The notes under the pieces were generated by a model that did not search any database, was not told where the DNA came from, and saw only the letters and a program-made list of their open reading frames with translations. A stretch of DNA of 64,000 bases from Actinobacteria bacterium RBG_16_68_21 (GTDB lineage: Bacteria; Actinomycetota; Acidimicrobiia; Spongiisociales; UBA11373). This document shows, piece after piece, positions 1 through 10,494 of the stretch. Numbering within the stretch: the first letter of the stretch is position 1; the number at the start of each line of letters is the position of its first letter. The translations under genes and the position numbers were made by a program. The stretch spans positions 192 through 64,191 of the forward strand of contig MELR01000011.1 of NCBI GenBank assembly GCA_001767695.1, written 5' to 3'.

Positions 1-172
1 TCCAAGTTTCCCTGGGCTATCCCGGTCTCCGGGGCAGGTTCCTCACGTGTTACTCACCCGTTCGCCACTAGGTGACCCACCTCGGTTACCCGAGATGGGA
101 CCCTCGTTCGACTTGCATGCATTAGGCACGCCGCCAACGTTCGTCCTGAGCCAGGATCAAACTCTCCAACGA
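1..172 (-). rRNA. rrs: 16S ribosomal RNA, 5' end only (gene continues beyond window start)
   Basis: Reverse complement of 1-172 reads ...TTGGAGAGTTTGATCCTGGCTCAGGACGAACGTTGGCGGCGTGCCTAATGCATGCAAGTCGAACG..., the universal 16S 5' terminus including the 27F primer site. Confidence 0.93.
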
Positions 173-540
173 TGACTCTCGGTCCGAAGACCTCGAATCT
201 CTTTGTGAGTTCGTTATGCGGATGTTTGGCCAAACCGTGCATCCGCTTCTGGCATCAGATCGTTGTCTCTGATGCGTATCTCAAGTACGGCCCCCCGGAG
301 ACGCGAGGAAAGAACCCTCGGTTCCCGGAAGGCAAAACTGGCTTTTGGCACACTGTTTAGTTGTCAAGGAGCCGGGACAGGTCAACACTCCGACAGGCGC
401 GCGCGGCGCACCTCCGGAGAGGACCCGGGATGGTAGCACCGTCGCACCGGCAGTCAAGATGGTACCCGGTCCGGCGCCTTCTCCCGGAATGCGCCTGTCG
501 AGAGTTTGGAACGGCCCCCGGTCGCTACCCTCCCGATCCC

Positions 541-1821
541 ATGACCAATCCGCTCGACCTCCTCACCGAACGCGGATTCGTCGGGGACGTCTCCGATCCC
601 GACGAGCTGCGCACCCTGTTCGAAGCCGGTCCGGTCACCTTCTACTACGGGGCCGATCCGACCGCGACCTCGCTCCACATCGGCAACCTCGTCGGAATCA
701 TGGCCATGGCCTGGCTGCAGCGAGCCGGGCACCGCCCGATCGCCGTCGCCGGCGGTGGTACCGGGCGGATCGGCGACCCCTCCTTCCGCGACGACGAGCG
801 GCCGCTGCTCGACGCGGCCACGATCGCCGCCAATCTGGAGCGCATTTCCGAACAGCTCGGCCGGATCCTCGATCTGTCCACTCCCGAACGCGGACTCATC
901 GTCGACAACGACGGTTGGCTTGCCGGCATGAAGCTCATCGACTTCCTCCGGGATGTCGGTAAGCACTTCTCGGTGAACCAGATGATCGCAAGGGAGTCGG
1001 TCCGTCGGCGGCTCGAGGAGCGCGAGCACGGCATCAGCTACACCGAGTTCTCCTATCAGCTCCTGCAGGCATTCGACTTCGCCCATCTCTATGCGGCCGA
1101 AGGGTGCCGGCTCCAGATCGGAGGCTCGGACCAGTGGGGCAACATCACCGCGGGCATCGACCTCACCAGGCGTCTGCACGGAGGCAAGGTGCATGGCTTG
1201 GTCTGGCCCCTCATCGAGCGCTCCGACGGCAAGAAGTTCTCCAAGTCGGGTGGGGAGGCGGTCTGGCTTGCCGCCGACGAGACCAGCCCCTTTGCCTTCT
1301 ACCAGTGGTTCCTCAACGTTCCCGACGACGACGTCGGCCGATTTCTGAAACTCTTCACCTTCCTGCCCGTGACGAGCATCGCCGAACTCGAGGGAGCCCA
1401 ACTCGCCGACCCGGCAAACCGTCCGGCGCAGCGCGCCCTCGCCGAGGAGGCGACCCGCATCGTCCACGGGGAAGAGGGATTGGCCACAGCCTTGCGGGCA
1501 ACCGCAATCCTCTTCGGGGACGAGCCATTCGCCGAGCTCGACGAGCGGACACTCGCCGACGCCTTCGCCGAGGCTCCTTCCGCCTCTGTCCCCCGGCAGC
1601 GGCTCACCGGTGGCCTCGGGGTACTCGATGTCATCGTCGCCTGCGGCGCCGCCGGCTCCAAAGGAGAGGCCAGGAGGTTGATCTCCCAGGGCGGGGTCCG
1701 GCTCAACAATGCCCCGGTGTCGGATCCGGCCGCCACGATCGGCCCGGCAGATCTGCTCGCCGGATCCATGGTCGTTCTCCGGGTCGGAAAGAAGCGCTAC
1801 TTTCTGGCGAGATTCGTCTGA
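541..1821 (+). CDS. tyrS: tyrosyl-tRNA synthetase
   Basis: Class I aaRS HIGH motif (LHIGNLVG), KFSKS motif and C-terminal S4-like domain; true ATG at 541 (MTNPLDLL...) inside the longer 361..1821 ORF. Confidence 0.9.
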   Translation: MTNPLDLLTERGFVGDVSDPDELRTLFEAGPVTFYYGADPTATSLHIGNLVGIMAMAWLQRAGHRPIAVAGGGTGRIGDPSFRDDERPLLDAATIAANLERISEQLGRILDLSTPERGLIVDNDGWLAGMKLIDFLRDVGKHFSVNQMIARESVRRRLEEREHGISYTEFSYQLLQAFDFAHLYAAEGCRLQIGGSDQWGNITAGIDLTRRLHGGKVHGLVWPLIERSDGKKFSKSGGEAVWLAADETSPFAFYQWFLNVPDDDVGRFLKLFTFLPVTSIAELEGAQLADPANRPAQRALAEEATRIVHGEEGLATALRATAILFGDEPFAELDERTLADAFAEAPSASVPRQRLTGGLGVLDVIVACGAAGSKGEARRLISQGGVRLNNAPVSDPAATIGPADLLAGSMVVLRVGKKRYFLARFV

Positions 1822-1831
1822 GGGCGCCGGT

Positions 1832-4210
1832 CTACGGACTGACCCACACCGTCGCCCGGCCGCTCACCGGCTCACCCGCCGCCGGTACCTGAGCCCACAC
1901 GTGCAACGAGCCCGTGGATCCATCGGGATCATCGAGGAGGATCACGGTCACCCGCTGGCCATCTGCCTCGAGACGGGCAATCGCATCGGCCCGGTGACGT
2001 CCCAGCACGTTGGGCACGACGGTCCCCGGCTCAGGGCCGGCGGCGATCACCTGGACGATCCCCCCGGGGGAGAGAACCGATCCGGCCGCCGGCACCTGCC
2101 CCAGGACCGTGCCCGGTACCAAAGCGGAGTCGTCGTCCCAGGCCAACTGCACCTCATACCCTCCCGCCTCCAGCAGCGACACCGCCTCCACGATCGAGTA
2201 CGAATCCACGGCGGGCACCACCCCGTCCTGGAGAACGGCGAGGCCCTCCGGGTTGTGGATCGGACAGACGATCGATGGCACCAGCGCCGCCGGCAGCACC
2301 ACATCGGCCACTTCACCCCGGGGGCACAGCGGTCCGGCGAGGAAACCCGTCGAGGTGTCGATGCGAGCGGTCACTGTGGCGGCGCCATCGGCACTGGCCG
2401 CGGTGGCGTAGGGGATCCCGGAGAGCGCGGCGAGGCCGAAGCGCGACCAGATCTGCGCCGGCCACGTCCCCCCGGTGACCGAAAAGGGCGTGTCGGGGGC
2501 GTTCATGGCCCGGTTGCCTTCCGGATACCCCACCCAGACCGCGGCGGAGAGCTCAGGGGTGTATCCGACGAACCAGGCGTCAAAGTTGCCTTCGGTGGTC
2601 CCGGTCTTGCCGGAGATCGGCCGCCCGATCTTGGCCTGCTGCCCGGTCCCCCGCCGGACGACCTCGGTGAGGGTGGCGTTCACCTCAGTGGCAACGGAAA
2701 CGTCCATCACCCTCGTGAAGGTCGGCACGTGCTCGTAGAGAACCGTTCCATCGCGGTCCGCGATCCGGGTCACCAGCACCGGGTCGATCTGGATGCCGCC
2801 GGTGGCGAAGGTGCCGTAGGCGGCCGCCATGTCGAGCACGCTCACCTCCTGCGTGCCGAGCACGATCGACGGCACCGGATCGAGCGGTGTCGTGATCCCG
2901 GCGGCCTCCGCCATGGAAGCGATCGTGTCTGCCCCGATCCAATCGGCGACATAGGCGTACGGGACGTTCACGGAGAACACGGTCGCCTCGCGCAGGGTGA
3001 GGCCCGGGTAGTAGGCATCCTCGTAGTTGGCGACCTGCCAGACACCCGATGGGGATCGGATGTAGGCGGCCCGCCCCCCCGGCCAGGTGCTGTCGAGATC
3101 CACTCCGGCCTGAAGGGCGGCGGCGAGTGCAAACGGCTTGAAGGCCGATCCCGGCTGGCGGCGGCCCTGGGTGGCAAGGTTGAACTGAGCGATCGGGTCG
3201 GACGTGTCGTAGAAGTCGCGTCCCCCCACCAGGGCGAGGACATGACCGTTGCGCGGGTCGATCGCCGCCAGAGCTCCCGAGGGCCCATGCGCAGGAATCA
3301 CCGAGGCCATCGCCGCCTCTGCGGCGATCTGCGTCTGCGGATCGAGGGTCGTGTACACGCGGAGGCCGCCACTGGTGATCAACCGGTAGCGCTCCTCCGG
3401 GGTGTCTCCCAGCACCGGGTTCTCCAGAAGGCGTCGCCGTACCTCATCGGTGAAATACGGATGGAGCATCCGATCGGCGCTGCCGCGAGGGATGAGGGAT
3501 AGCGGTGCGGCCGCGGCGGCCAGCGCCTCGCCGGGCTCGATCCAGTTCAGCTCCGCCATCGTGTCGAGGACCAGGTCCCGCCTTTGCAGCGCTCCCTCGG
3601 GGTTGTCGTACGGGTTGAGGGTCGTCGGCTCGTTGATCACTCCGGCGAGCAGCGCCGACTCGTCGAGCGTCAAACTCTCCACGGGCTTCCCGAAGTAGCG
3701 GCGCGCCGCCGCACTCACCCCGTACGCCCCCTCGCCGAAGAAGACGCTGCTGAGATAGCGCTCGAGTATCTCCTGCTTGGTCAGGGTCTCCTCGAGGCGC
3801 AGGGCAAGCCCGATTTCCGCGGTCTTGCGCTCGATGGTGACGTCATCGGTGAGCAGCACCGCCCGGGCGTACTGCTGGGTGATCGTGGAGCCCCCCTCGA
3901 CGACGGAGCCGGCGTCGATGTTCTCCTTGGCCGCACGGGCCATGGCCCGAATGTCGACCCCCGGGTGGATCCAGAACCGGCGGTCCTCGATGGCGACGAC
4001 GGCATCGACGAGATGCTTGGGCAAATCTGAATATGCCACGAGAACCCGGTCTTCCTCCGCGTGCCACTCGGTCAATACCGAGCCATCGGCCGCGTAGACC
4101 GTGGTGGTGAGGCCGCCCGCTCCAATCCCCGGATCCTCGATTGGTGCTATCGAGCAGGCAGCAGTGGCAATCAGCGCTATCGCCACCGCACCCGCCCTCA
4201 CGCGAGGCAT
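1832..4210 (-). CDS. class A penicillin-binding protein (transglycosylase + transpeptidase) with C-terminal PASTA-like domains, PonA-like
   Basis: N-terminal TM segment; GT51 motifs ([22 protein letters not shown]); transpeptidase region; C-terminal PASTA-like repeats ([20 protein letters not shown]). Confidence 0.85.
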   Translation of the reverse strand: MPRVRAGAVAIALIATAACSIAPIEDPGIGAGGLTTTVYAADGSVLTEWHAEEDRVLVAYSDLPKHLVDAVVAIEDRRFWIHPGVDIRAMARAAKENIDAGSVVEGGSTITQQYARAVLLTDDVTIERKTAEIGLALRLEETLTKQEILERYLSSVFFGEGAYGVSAAARRYFGKPVESLTLDESALLAGVINEPTTLNPYDNPEGALQRRDLVLDTMAELNWIEPGEALAAAAAPLSLIPRGSADRMLHPYFTDEVRRRLLENPVLGDTPEERYRLITSGGLRVYTTLDPQTQIAAEAAMASVIPAHGPSGALAAIDPRNGHVLALVGGRDFYDTSDPIAQFNLATQGRRQPGSAFKPFALAAALQAGVDLDSTWPGGRAAYIRSPSGVWQVANYEDAYYPGLTLREATVFSVNVPYAYVADWIGADTIASMAEAAGITTPLDPVPSIVLGTQEVSVLDMAAAYGTFATGGIQIDPVLVTRIADRDGTVLYEHVPTFTRVMDVSVATEVNATLTEVVRRGTGQQAKIGRPISGKTGTTEGNFDAWFVGYTPELSAAVWVGYPEGNRAMNAPDTPFSVTGGTWPAQIWSRFGLAALSGIPYATAASADGAATVTARIDTSTGFLAGPLCPRGEVADVVLPAALVPSIVCPIHNPEGLAVLQDGVVPAVDSYSIVEAVSLLEAGGYEVQLAWDDDSALVPGTVLGQVPAAGSVLSPGGIVQVIAAGPEPGTVVPNVLGRHRADAIARLEADGQRVTVILLDDPDGSTGSLHVWAQVPAAGEPVSGRATVWVSP

Positions 4211-4253
4211 GTGGGTTGTGTGTCTCCGCGCGGAACGTTAGTTGCCGACCGCG

Positions 4254-4829
4254 CTAAGCGCGGGGATTGTCCGCGCCCTCCCCGGCGGCGAGCCTCAACA
4301 CGAACCGCCACCTCCGCTCCGCCGCCCGGGTGACCCCCACCCGGGGCGTCGCCCGCGTGGTACCCGGAGCCGGTTCACCCTCGATCCGCACCGGTCCGTC
4401 GATGACGGAGTCCCCGTCGAGGGTTCCCGTTATGGCGAGCGCCTGGGCGAGCTTGCCGGGGCCGTCGCAGAGGTGATTGAGGCGGCCTCGCCTCCGGCGG
4501 GCGGGCTCCTCGCCGGCGACGACCATCCCGGCGCGCAACAGCACCGCCCCGGGCCTGCCGACGGGGCCGCACACGACGTTGGCACACCAGTGGATGCCGT
4601 AGGAGCGATAGACGTAGAGCGTCCCCGGCGCCCCGAACATGGAGCGGTTGCGCCCGGTGCGGCCGCGATATGCGTGGCTCGCCGGGTCGTCGCCGCCCCC
4701 GTACGCCTCCACCTCGGTGAGGACGACCGCCACCCGGTCGCCGTCGAGATCGGACACCAGTCGCCTCCCGAGGAGGCCGCGAGCCGCCGCCACCACGGGG
4801 CCGGAGAGCAGGGTCTCCAGGCCGCTCAC
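4254..4829 (-). CDS. mpg: DNA-3-methyladenine glycosylase (MPG/AAG family)
   Basis: 191 aa; MPG-family signature stretches (LTEVEAYGG..DPASHAYRGRTGRNRSMFGAPGTLYVYRSYGIHWCANVVCG); overlaps argF stop by 4 nt. Confidence 0.8.
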   Translation of the reverse strand: MSGLETLLSGPVVAAARGLLGRRLVSDLDGDRVAVVLTEVEAYGGGDDPASHAYRGRTGRNRSMFGAPGTLYVYRSYGIHWCANVVCGPVGRPGAVLLRAGMVVAGEEPARRRRGRLNHLCDGPGKLAQALAITGTLDGDSVIDGPVRIEGEPAPGTTRATPRVGVTRAAERRWRFVLRLAAGEGADNPRA

Positions 4830-5731
4830 TCGGTGATGCGGAGCAGCAACGCCTTGAATGCGTGGAGGCGGTTCTCCGCCTGATCGAAGACCCTGCTGCG
4901 CTCGTGATCCACCACGGCGTCGGTCACCTCGTCACCGCGGTGGGCAGGGAGACAGTGGAGGAAGATGGCATCGGCGGCAGCGAGGGCGAACAGCCGCTCA
5001 TCGACCCGGTAGGGATCGAGACGCTCCCGGCGCGCCGCCGCCTCCGCCTCCTGGCCCATCGACGCCCATACGTCGGTGTACACCGCATCGGCGCCTCGCA
5101 CCGCCTCAGCGGGGTCGTCGGTCACCACGATGTCCACGCCCGGAGCGGCAACGGCCTGGGCCGCCGCCAGGGTTTCTTTCTCCGGCCCGTATCCGGCCGG
5201 TGATGCCACCCGGATCGAGACCCCCATGACGGCGGCTCCGATCATCAGCGAGGTGCACACGTTGTTGTCCCCGTCACCGACGAACGCCACCACGGCACCA
5301 TCGAGGGGCCGGTGCTCGGCGAGGGTTTGCAGGTCGGCGAGCGCCTGACAGGGGTGCTCACGGTCGGAGAGAAGATTCACCACCGGGGCCGCTGCGGCCG
5401 CAGCCAGAGCCTCGAGGTCCGTGTGGCGGAAGACCCTGAAGGCGAGCACATCGAGGTAACGATCGAGCACCCGGGCGACGTCGGCAACGCCCTCGCGCTT
5501 GCCCAACCCCACCTCGTCCTGCTTGAGAACAAAGGGAACACCGCCGAGGTCGGTCACGGCCACCTCGCACGACACCCGGGTGCGCAGCGAGGGCTTCTCG
5601 AAGAACAGGCCAACCCGCACCCCGGGGCGGGTTCCCCGCACCGCCTCCCGCTCGAGTTTGACCCGGGCCGCCGTCGCCAGCGTGTCTGTCAGCCCATCGC
5701 GTCCCAGGTCGCCAATCTGTAGGAAATCCAT
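4826..5731 (-). CDS. argF: ornithine carbamoyltransferase
   Basis: OTC motifs SLRTR (STRTR-type), HPCQ, DVWASMG and HCLP; real start is MDFLQIGD at 5731, not the upstream ORF extension. Confidence 0.85.
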   Translation of the reverse strand: MDFLQIGDLGRDGLTDTLATAARVKLEREAVRGTRPGVRVGLFFEKPSLRTRVSCEVAVTDLGGVPFVLKQDEVGLGKREGVADVARVLDRYLDVLAFRVFRHTDLEALAAAAAAPVVNLLSDREHPCQALADLQTLAEHRPLDGAVVAFVGDGDNNVCTSLMIGAAVMGVSIRVASPAGYGPEKETLAAAQAVAAPGVDIVVTDDPAEAVRGADAVYTDVWASMGQEAEAAARRERLDPYRVDERLFALAAADAIFLHCLPAHRGDEVTDAVVDHERSRVFDQAENRLHAFKALLLRITE

Positions 5732-5732
5732 C

Positions 5733-8102
5733 TCAGCCTCCCCGCAGCCGGCCGCCGAGGTCGTCCGTGACGCGCGACGATATCGCCCGGCGAATCGGAC
5801 CGAGTTCACCATCCACCATCGTGCGATCGGGTGCCCGAAACGCCAGGCGGACCGCGACACTCTTTCGGCCCGGTCCCAGCGGCTCGCCCCGGAATACGTC
5901 GAATATCGCCAGCGACTCGAGAAACGGCCCTGCCGCGGCGCCCACCGTCGCGAGGAGGGCAGCAGCAGCCACCTCCTCGGCCAGATCGAACGCCAGGTCG
6001 AACACCACCGGCGGGTATGCGCTGGGCATGATGAAGGGTGCGGGGGCCGGTGCCTCGAGCGAGGCCAGATCGAACTCCCCCACGACCACCCGGTTCTCGA
6101 GATCCCAGGCGGCCGCCACCAGAGGATCGATCTCCCCGACACTCCCGATCCGGCGGCCGTCGACCTCGAGAAACGCCGCCCTCCCGGGATGCAGCCCCGG
6201 CACCGCCGCCTGAACGATGGTCGCCTGGTGCCCCAGCGCGGTGAGAAGCACTTCGGCGACTCCGGCGGCGTCACCCGCCTCGTAGTCGCCTCCGCTCCGT
6301 CCCCTGCGGGCGCCTGTGGCGGCAAAGGCGAGATGCCTCGGCTGCTCGGGAAGGACGCCCTCGCCCCGGAGAAACACCGACCCGACCTCGAAGAGCGCAA
6401 CGTCTGGACGGTTGCGCTGTACGTTTCGCCGCAATCCGTCGAGCAGCCCGGGCAGCAGCGTGGTGCGCAGGAACTCCTGTTCCTCGTTCAGCGGATTGCG
6501 CAGCCGGATCGGACGGCTGCGGGGATCGTCGGGAGCGAGGCGCAGCCCCTCCAGCGACCTGGCGGCGATGAAATCAAAGGACAGGATCTCGAAGAATCCC
6601 GCGCCCACCATCGCCATGCGGGCCATCCGCAGCATGTTCTGCAGGGGACCGAGCCCGCCACCCTGGCCGCTCACGAGGCGCGAAGGGAAGTTGTCATAGC
6701 CGTGGAGGCGAGCGATCTCCTCGATCAGGTCGGCCGGGCGGGTCACGTCGGGACGGAAGGAGGGCACGACCACCTGCAACGGATTGCCGCCCTCCACCGC
6801 GAACCCGAGGCGTCGCAGGTAGCCCGCCTGCTCGGCGCCGGCGATATCCGCACCGAGCAGCCGGCCGGCTTCGGAGACCGGCAGGGCGATCTCCACGCTC
6901 TGGTGGGGCCGGGGATGGGCGTCCACGAAGCCTCCCACCACACCGCCCCCCGCCACCTCGACCATCAGCGACGCGGCCCGCGCCGAAGCAGCCGGAGGGA
7001 GCTCCGGGTCCACCCCTCGTTCGAACCGGCTCACGGCCTCGGTGCGCAGGCCATGCCGCTTGCCGCTGAGCAGCACCCGGGTGGGCTCGAAGTGGGCCAC
7101 CTCGATGAGCACCCGGGTCGTGGCCGCCGACACCTCCGAGTCGCCTCCTCCCATGATTCCCGCCAGGCCGAGCGGCTCGTCGACGCCGGCGATCACGAGA
7201 TCCTCGGCAGAGAGCGAGCGCGCCACGCCGTCCAGCGTCGTAAGCGGCTCTCCAGCCCGGGCGAGACGCACCACGATCGTCTCGTCGGTGATTCGATCGA
7301 GGTCGAAGGCGTGAAGCGGCTGCCCCAGCTCGAGCATCACGTAGTTGGTGACGTCGACCACGTTGCTGATCGGCCGTACACCGGCGTCGCGCAATCGCAG
7401 CCTCATCCACAGCGGGGAAGGCCCCACCTGGACTCCCCGCACCTCTCGGGCGGTGAAGCGGGTGCACCGTTCGGGCTCCTCGATGATCACCCGTGCCGCG
7501 GTGGCCCCCTCCTCGGAGAAGACCGCGGTGGGGATGCGGACCGGCAGCTCATAGAAGGCGCCCAGCTCGCGCGCCAGGCCGTGGATCGACATGGCGTCCG
7601 GTCGATTGGGCGTGATCGACAGGTCGAAGATCGCGTCTGGGTAGGGCAGCGTCCCGGCGAAGTCCGTGCCCGGCGCGGCGTACCCATCGGGTAGCACCAG
7701 GATCCCGCCCTTCTCCTCTCCGAGGTCCATCTCGATCTCGGAGCAGATCATTCCCGGGGACATGACTCCCCGGACGGGCTTCTTCCCGATCGTGATGCCG
7801 CCGGGGAGCACCGCCCCCACCCGGGCGTAGGCGACGGTCGCCCCCTCGCCAAAGTTCCAGGCTCCGCACACGACGTCGATCGGCTCGCCGCCATCGTCGA
7901 GTGTGGCGATCCTCACCTTGTCGGCAGCCGGATGGGGCTTGATCGCAAGCACTCGCGCCACCACGACGCCGCTGAAGCTTGCCTCCCTGCGCTCGATGCC
8001 CTCCACCTCGATGCCGAGATCGGACAACACCCCGGCGACGACCTCCGCGTCGTTAGTGGGCAGGTCGACGAACTCCTTGATCCAGCGCAGCGAGGCCTTC
8101 AT
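5733..8102 (-). CDS. pheT: phenylalanyl-tRNA synthetase beta subunit
   Basis: Starts MKASLRWIKEFVDLP (tRNA-binding/B3-4 domains), typical PheT N-terminus; about 789 aa; the upstream ORF extension is spurious. Confidence 0.9.
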   Translation of the reverse strand: MKASLRWIKEFVDLPTNDAEVVAGVLSDLGIEVEGIERREASFSGVVVARVLAIKPHPAADKVRIATLDDGGEPIDVVCGAWNFGEGATVAYARVGAVLPGGITIGKKPVRGVMSPGMICSEIEMDLGEEKGGILVLPDGYAAPGTDFAGTLPYPDAIFDLSITPNRPDAMSIHGLARELGAFYELPVRIPTAVFSEEGATAARVIIEEPERCTRFTAREVRGVQVGPSPLWMRLRLRDAGVRPISNVVDVTNYVMLELGQPLHAFDLDRITDETIVVRLARAGEPLTTLDGVARSLSAEDLVIAGVDEPLGLAGIMGGGDSEVSAATTRVLIEVAHFEPTRVLLSGKRHGLRTEAVSRFERGVDPELPPAASARAASLMVEVAGGGVVGGFVDAHPRPHQSVEIALPVSEAGRLLGADIAGAEQAGYLRRLGFAVEGGNPLQVVVPSFRPDVTRPADLIEEIARLHGYDNFPSRLVSGQGGGLGPLQNMLRMARMAMVGAGFFEILSFDFIAARSLEGLRLAPDDPRSRPIRLRNPLNEEQEFLRTTLLPGLLDGLRRNVQRNRPDVALFEVGSVFLRGEGVLPEQPRHLAFAATGARRGRSGGDYEAGDAAGVAEVLLTALGHQATIVQAAVPGLHPGRAAFLEVDGRRIGSVGEIDPLVAAAWDLENRVVVGEFDLASLEAPAPAPFIMPSAYPPVVFDLAFDLAEEVAAAALLATVGAAAGPFLESLAIFDVFRGEPLGPGRKSVAVRLAFRAPDRTMVDGELGPIRRAISSRVTDDLGGRLRGG

Positions 8103-9142
8103 CGGAACTGCTCCAGCACACGGAGGTCGGCATCGAAAAAGAAGCGCAGCTCGGGGATGTCGTGGCGGATCATGGCAAGTCGATCGATTCCGACACCGAA
8201 GGCCCAACCCGAGACGCGACCGGCGTCGTATCCGGCTGCCTCGAGGACGTTGGGATCGACCACCCCGCACCCCAGCAACTCGATCCATCCCCGGTTGCCG
8301 CAGGTGCGACAACCCGAGCCGTCGCAGCGGTGACAGGACACGTGCATCTCGGCGGAAGGTTCGGTGAACGGGAAGAAGTTGGGAAGGAAGCGCTGGCGGG
8401 TGTGCTTCCCGAAGAACTGGTCCATGAAGTAGGCCAGCGTGCCGCGCAGATCGGCGAAGGTGATGTCCTCACCCACGGCCAGGGCCTCCATCTGGTGGAA
8501 CACCGGCGTGTGGGTGGCATCGACGGCGTCGCGCCGGTACACCCGCCCGGGAACGATGATGTGCACGGGCGGCTGATGGCTTTCCATCCATCGCGCCTGG
8601 ACCGGCGAGGTCTGGGTGCGCAACAGCACCCCCTCGGGATCGTCGCCGTAATCGACGTACAAGGTGTCCGACTCCAGGCGGGCCGGATGGGTCGCCGGGG
8701 TGTTCAAGGCGTCGAAGTTGTAGTAGGCGGTCTCCACCTCGGGCCCGGCGGCGACCGTGTATCCGATACCGGTGAAGATGTCCACGATCTCGTCCCACAC
8801 CTGCATCACCAGATGGGCCGCCCCCCGTTCCGGGCGGTATCCGGGGAGCGTCATGTCGACCCGCTCGGCGGCGAGCCGCACGATCCGCTCTTCCTCGGCG
8901 AGCACAGAGCGCCGCGCCGCCAAGGCATCGGCCAGGGTCGTGGTCACCTCGTTGACGATCGCCCCGAGGGCTCGTTTCTGGTCAGGGGTGGCCTCTCGCA
9001 GGCTGCGCCGCGCCGCGGTGATCGGCGACGACTCTCCCAGCGCCTCGTCCTGGAGCCGGTCCACCTCCGCCACCGTGGCGGCGGCACCGATCCGGTACAG
9101 GATGGCCGATGCATGGGCGCGCAGGTCTTCCCGAGGGATCAT
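8099..9142 (-). CDS. pheS: phenylalanyl-tRNA synthetase alpha subunit
   Basis: 347 aa class II aaRS core (motifs 2 and 3, FFPFTEPSAEMHV); ATGA-type overlap with pheT. Confidence 0.9.
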   Translation of the reverse strand: MIPREDLRAHASAILYRIGAAATVAEVDRLQDEALGESSPITAARRSLREATPDQKRALGAIVNEVTTTLADALAARRSVLAEEERIVRLAAERVDMTLPGYRPERGAAHLVMQVWDEIVDIFTGIGYTVAAGPEVETAYYNFDALNTPATHPARLESDTLYVDYGDDPEGVLLRTQTSPVQARWMESHQPPVHIIVPGRVYRRDAVDATHTPVFHQMEALAVGEDITFADLRGTLAYFMDQFFGKHTRQRFLPNFFPFTEPSAEMHVSCHRCDGSGCRTCGNRGWIELLGCGVVDPNVLEAAGYDAGRVSGWAFGVGIDRLAMIRHDIPELRFFFDADLRVLEQFR

Positions 9143-9915
9143 GAGGGAGTCAGGTTAGCCCCGGGCCCTGATGCCCCCAGAAAGGCCACTATCGCCCCGG
9201 CTACGGCCGCGTTGAGGCTCTCACTGCCCTCCGCCATCGGGATCGTCACCGCCACGCCGCAAGCCGCCACGACCTCGGCATCCAGGCCGTGGGGCTCGCT
9301 CCCCACCAGGATCGCGGCGTTCCCCGGCAACGGCCCCGGCGGGGTCCCCCCGCGGGCCACCGCCGCCACCAACACCCGGCCTGCGCCCAGCTGTTCCAGC
9401 GTGGCGGCGCGACCGATCCCGGTATGGAAGTGGGCTCCCGCCGCGGCGCGGAGGACCTTGGGCGACCAGGTCTCGGCGGCACCGGGGCCGGCGAAGTAGT
9501 CGTAGCCGAAGGCGGCTGCCGTCCTGATCAAGGTACCGCAGTTACCCGGATCGCCGACCCCCCAGGCCACCAGCGCCCGCTTCCCCGGAGTGATCGACTC
9601 CTCGGGAATCGTCACCACCGCCACCGGGCTCTGCGGATGCTGGGTGGTAGCCACCTTGGCCAGCGCCGCCGCGTCCACCACCACGAAGGGACACCCCACC
9701 TCGTCGGCGACCTCCCGTCCGACGACATCTGACGCGAGGCCGAAGATGCGATCGAACCGGCATCCTCCCGTAGCCGCCGCGGCGACGAGGATGGGTCCCT
9801 CCACCAACGTACGGCCGGACTCCCGACGGGCGCGGCTCCTCCGCAGCCGGCTTGCCTCGAGGACGAGGGGGTGGCGCGGCGACGAGATCGCCGGCCCTGC
9901 CCCGGGATCAGTCAC
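9139..9915 (-). CDS. SpoU/TrmH-family RNA 2'-O-methyltransferase (TsnR-like)
   Basis: SpoU motifs (NCGTLIRTAAAFG, ILVGSEPHGL, PMAEGSESLNAAVAGAI); sits where tsnR does in mycobacterial infC-rpmI-rplT-tsnR-pheST synteny. Confidence 0.8.
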   Translation of the reverse strand: MTDPGAGPAISSPRHPLVLEASRLRRSRARRESGRTLVEGPILVAAAATGGCRFDRIFGLASDVVGREVADEVGCPFVVVDAAALAKVATTQHPQSPVAVVTIPEESITPGKRALVAWGVGDPGNCGTLIRTAAAFGYDYFAGPGAAETWSPKVLRAAAGAHFHTGIGRAATLEQLGAGRVLVAAVARGGTPPGPLPGNAAILVGSEPHGLDAEVVAACGVAVTIPMAEGSESLNAAVAGAIVAFLGASGPGANLTPS

Positions 9916-9927
9916 GTCTCCGAAGTC

Positions 9928-10284
9928 CTAGGCGTCGGGAAGCCCTGCCGCCTTGACGAGAGCACCGAAGGCCGACGGATCCGACACCGCCATCTCGGCG
10001 AGCATCTTGCGGTCGATTTCGATCTCGTTCGCCTTCAACCCGGCGATCAGCCGCGAATAGGTCGTGCCGTTCTCCCGGGCGGCGGCATTGATGCGGGCGA
10101 TCCACAGCTTGCGGAAGTCGCCCTTACGCGTCCGCCGGTCGCCGTAGGCGTCCTGCATGGCGTTCATCACCTGTTCGTTCGCTGCCCGCAAGCGGCGGCT
10201 GCGTGAACCCTTGTAACCCTTCGCCCGCTCGAGGACCTTGCGCCGGCCCTTCTTCGAGTGAACGGCGCGTTTGACTCGTGCCAT
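9928..10284 (-). CDS. rplT: 50S ribosomal protein L20
   Basis: [24 protein letters not shown]..., canonical L20 N-terminus, 118 aa. Confidence 0.95.
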   Translation of the reverse strand: MARVKRAVHSKKGRRKVLERAKGYKGSRSRRLRAANEQVMNAMQDAYGDRRTRKGDFRKLWIARINAAARENGTTYSRLIAGLKANEIEIDRKMLAEMAVSDPSAFGALVKAAGLPDA

Positions 10285-10294
10285 CAGCCGCCTC

Positions 10295-10492
10295 CTAGCG
10301 TCCCAACATCCGGTCGACCCGCTTGCGATCTGCGTCCGACACCGGGGCGTCGCCCTTGAGTCGACGCAGCTGGCGACCCGACTTCTTGCCCACGACGAGG
10401 TGCGCCCTTCCCGACTGGCGGCGGCGGACCTTGCCAGTTCCGGTGACCTTGAACCGCTTGGCGGCCGACCGGCGCGTCTTCTGCTTTGGCAT
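10295..10492 (-). CDS. rpmI: 50S ribosomal protein L35
   Basis: [25 protein letters not shown]..., about 65 aa basic protein between infC and rplT. Confidence 0.9.
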   Translation of the reverse strand: MPKQKTRRSAAKRFKVTGTGKVRRRQSGRAHLVVGKKSGRQLRRLKGDAPVSDADRKRVDRMLGR

Positions 10493-10494
10493 GC

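Noticed and set aside
361-540. N-terminal extensions of ORFs as given in the six-frame track (tyrS from 361, argF to 6400, pheT to 8312, rpe to 17925, def to 19703, priA to 22141, rpoZ to 23111, mihF to 23900, MBL to 49782, tgt to 63491, pilO to 31025 and others)
   Set aside because: Homology begins at internal ATG/GTG codons that have an RBS and usually abut the upstream gene's stop. The upstream extensions overlap the neighbouring genes and are low-complexity.
361-540. T-box leader upstream of tyrS (a GGGAUGGUAGCACCG stretch vaguely resembles the T-box GGGUGGNACCGCG motif)
   Set aside because: The match is poor, no specifier-loop UAC context or terminator/antiterminator pair was found, and T-boxes on tyrS are not typical outside Firmicutes.
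1709-3502. Many long plus-strand ORFs antisense to the annotated minus-strand genes (e.g. 1709-3502, 5499-7694, 8162-9499, 12320-13882, 15791-17107, 18921-20882, 19913-21307, 21304-22608, 23338-24372, 25225-26625, 35376-36323, 42105-43955, 43966-45516, 45216-46589, 51920-53179, 54017-55528, 55547-57805, 61506-62792)
   Set aside because: These are shadow ORFs typical of 70% GC DNA, where stop codons are rare. The translations are Arg/Pro/Gly-rich low-complexity sequence with no recognisable domains, while the opposite strand encodes well-conserved proteins in every case.
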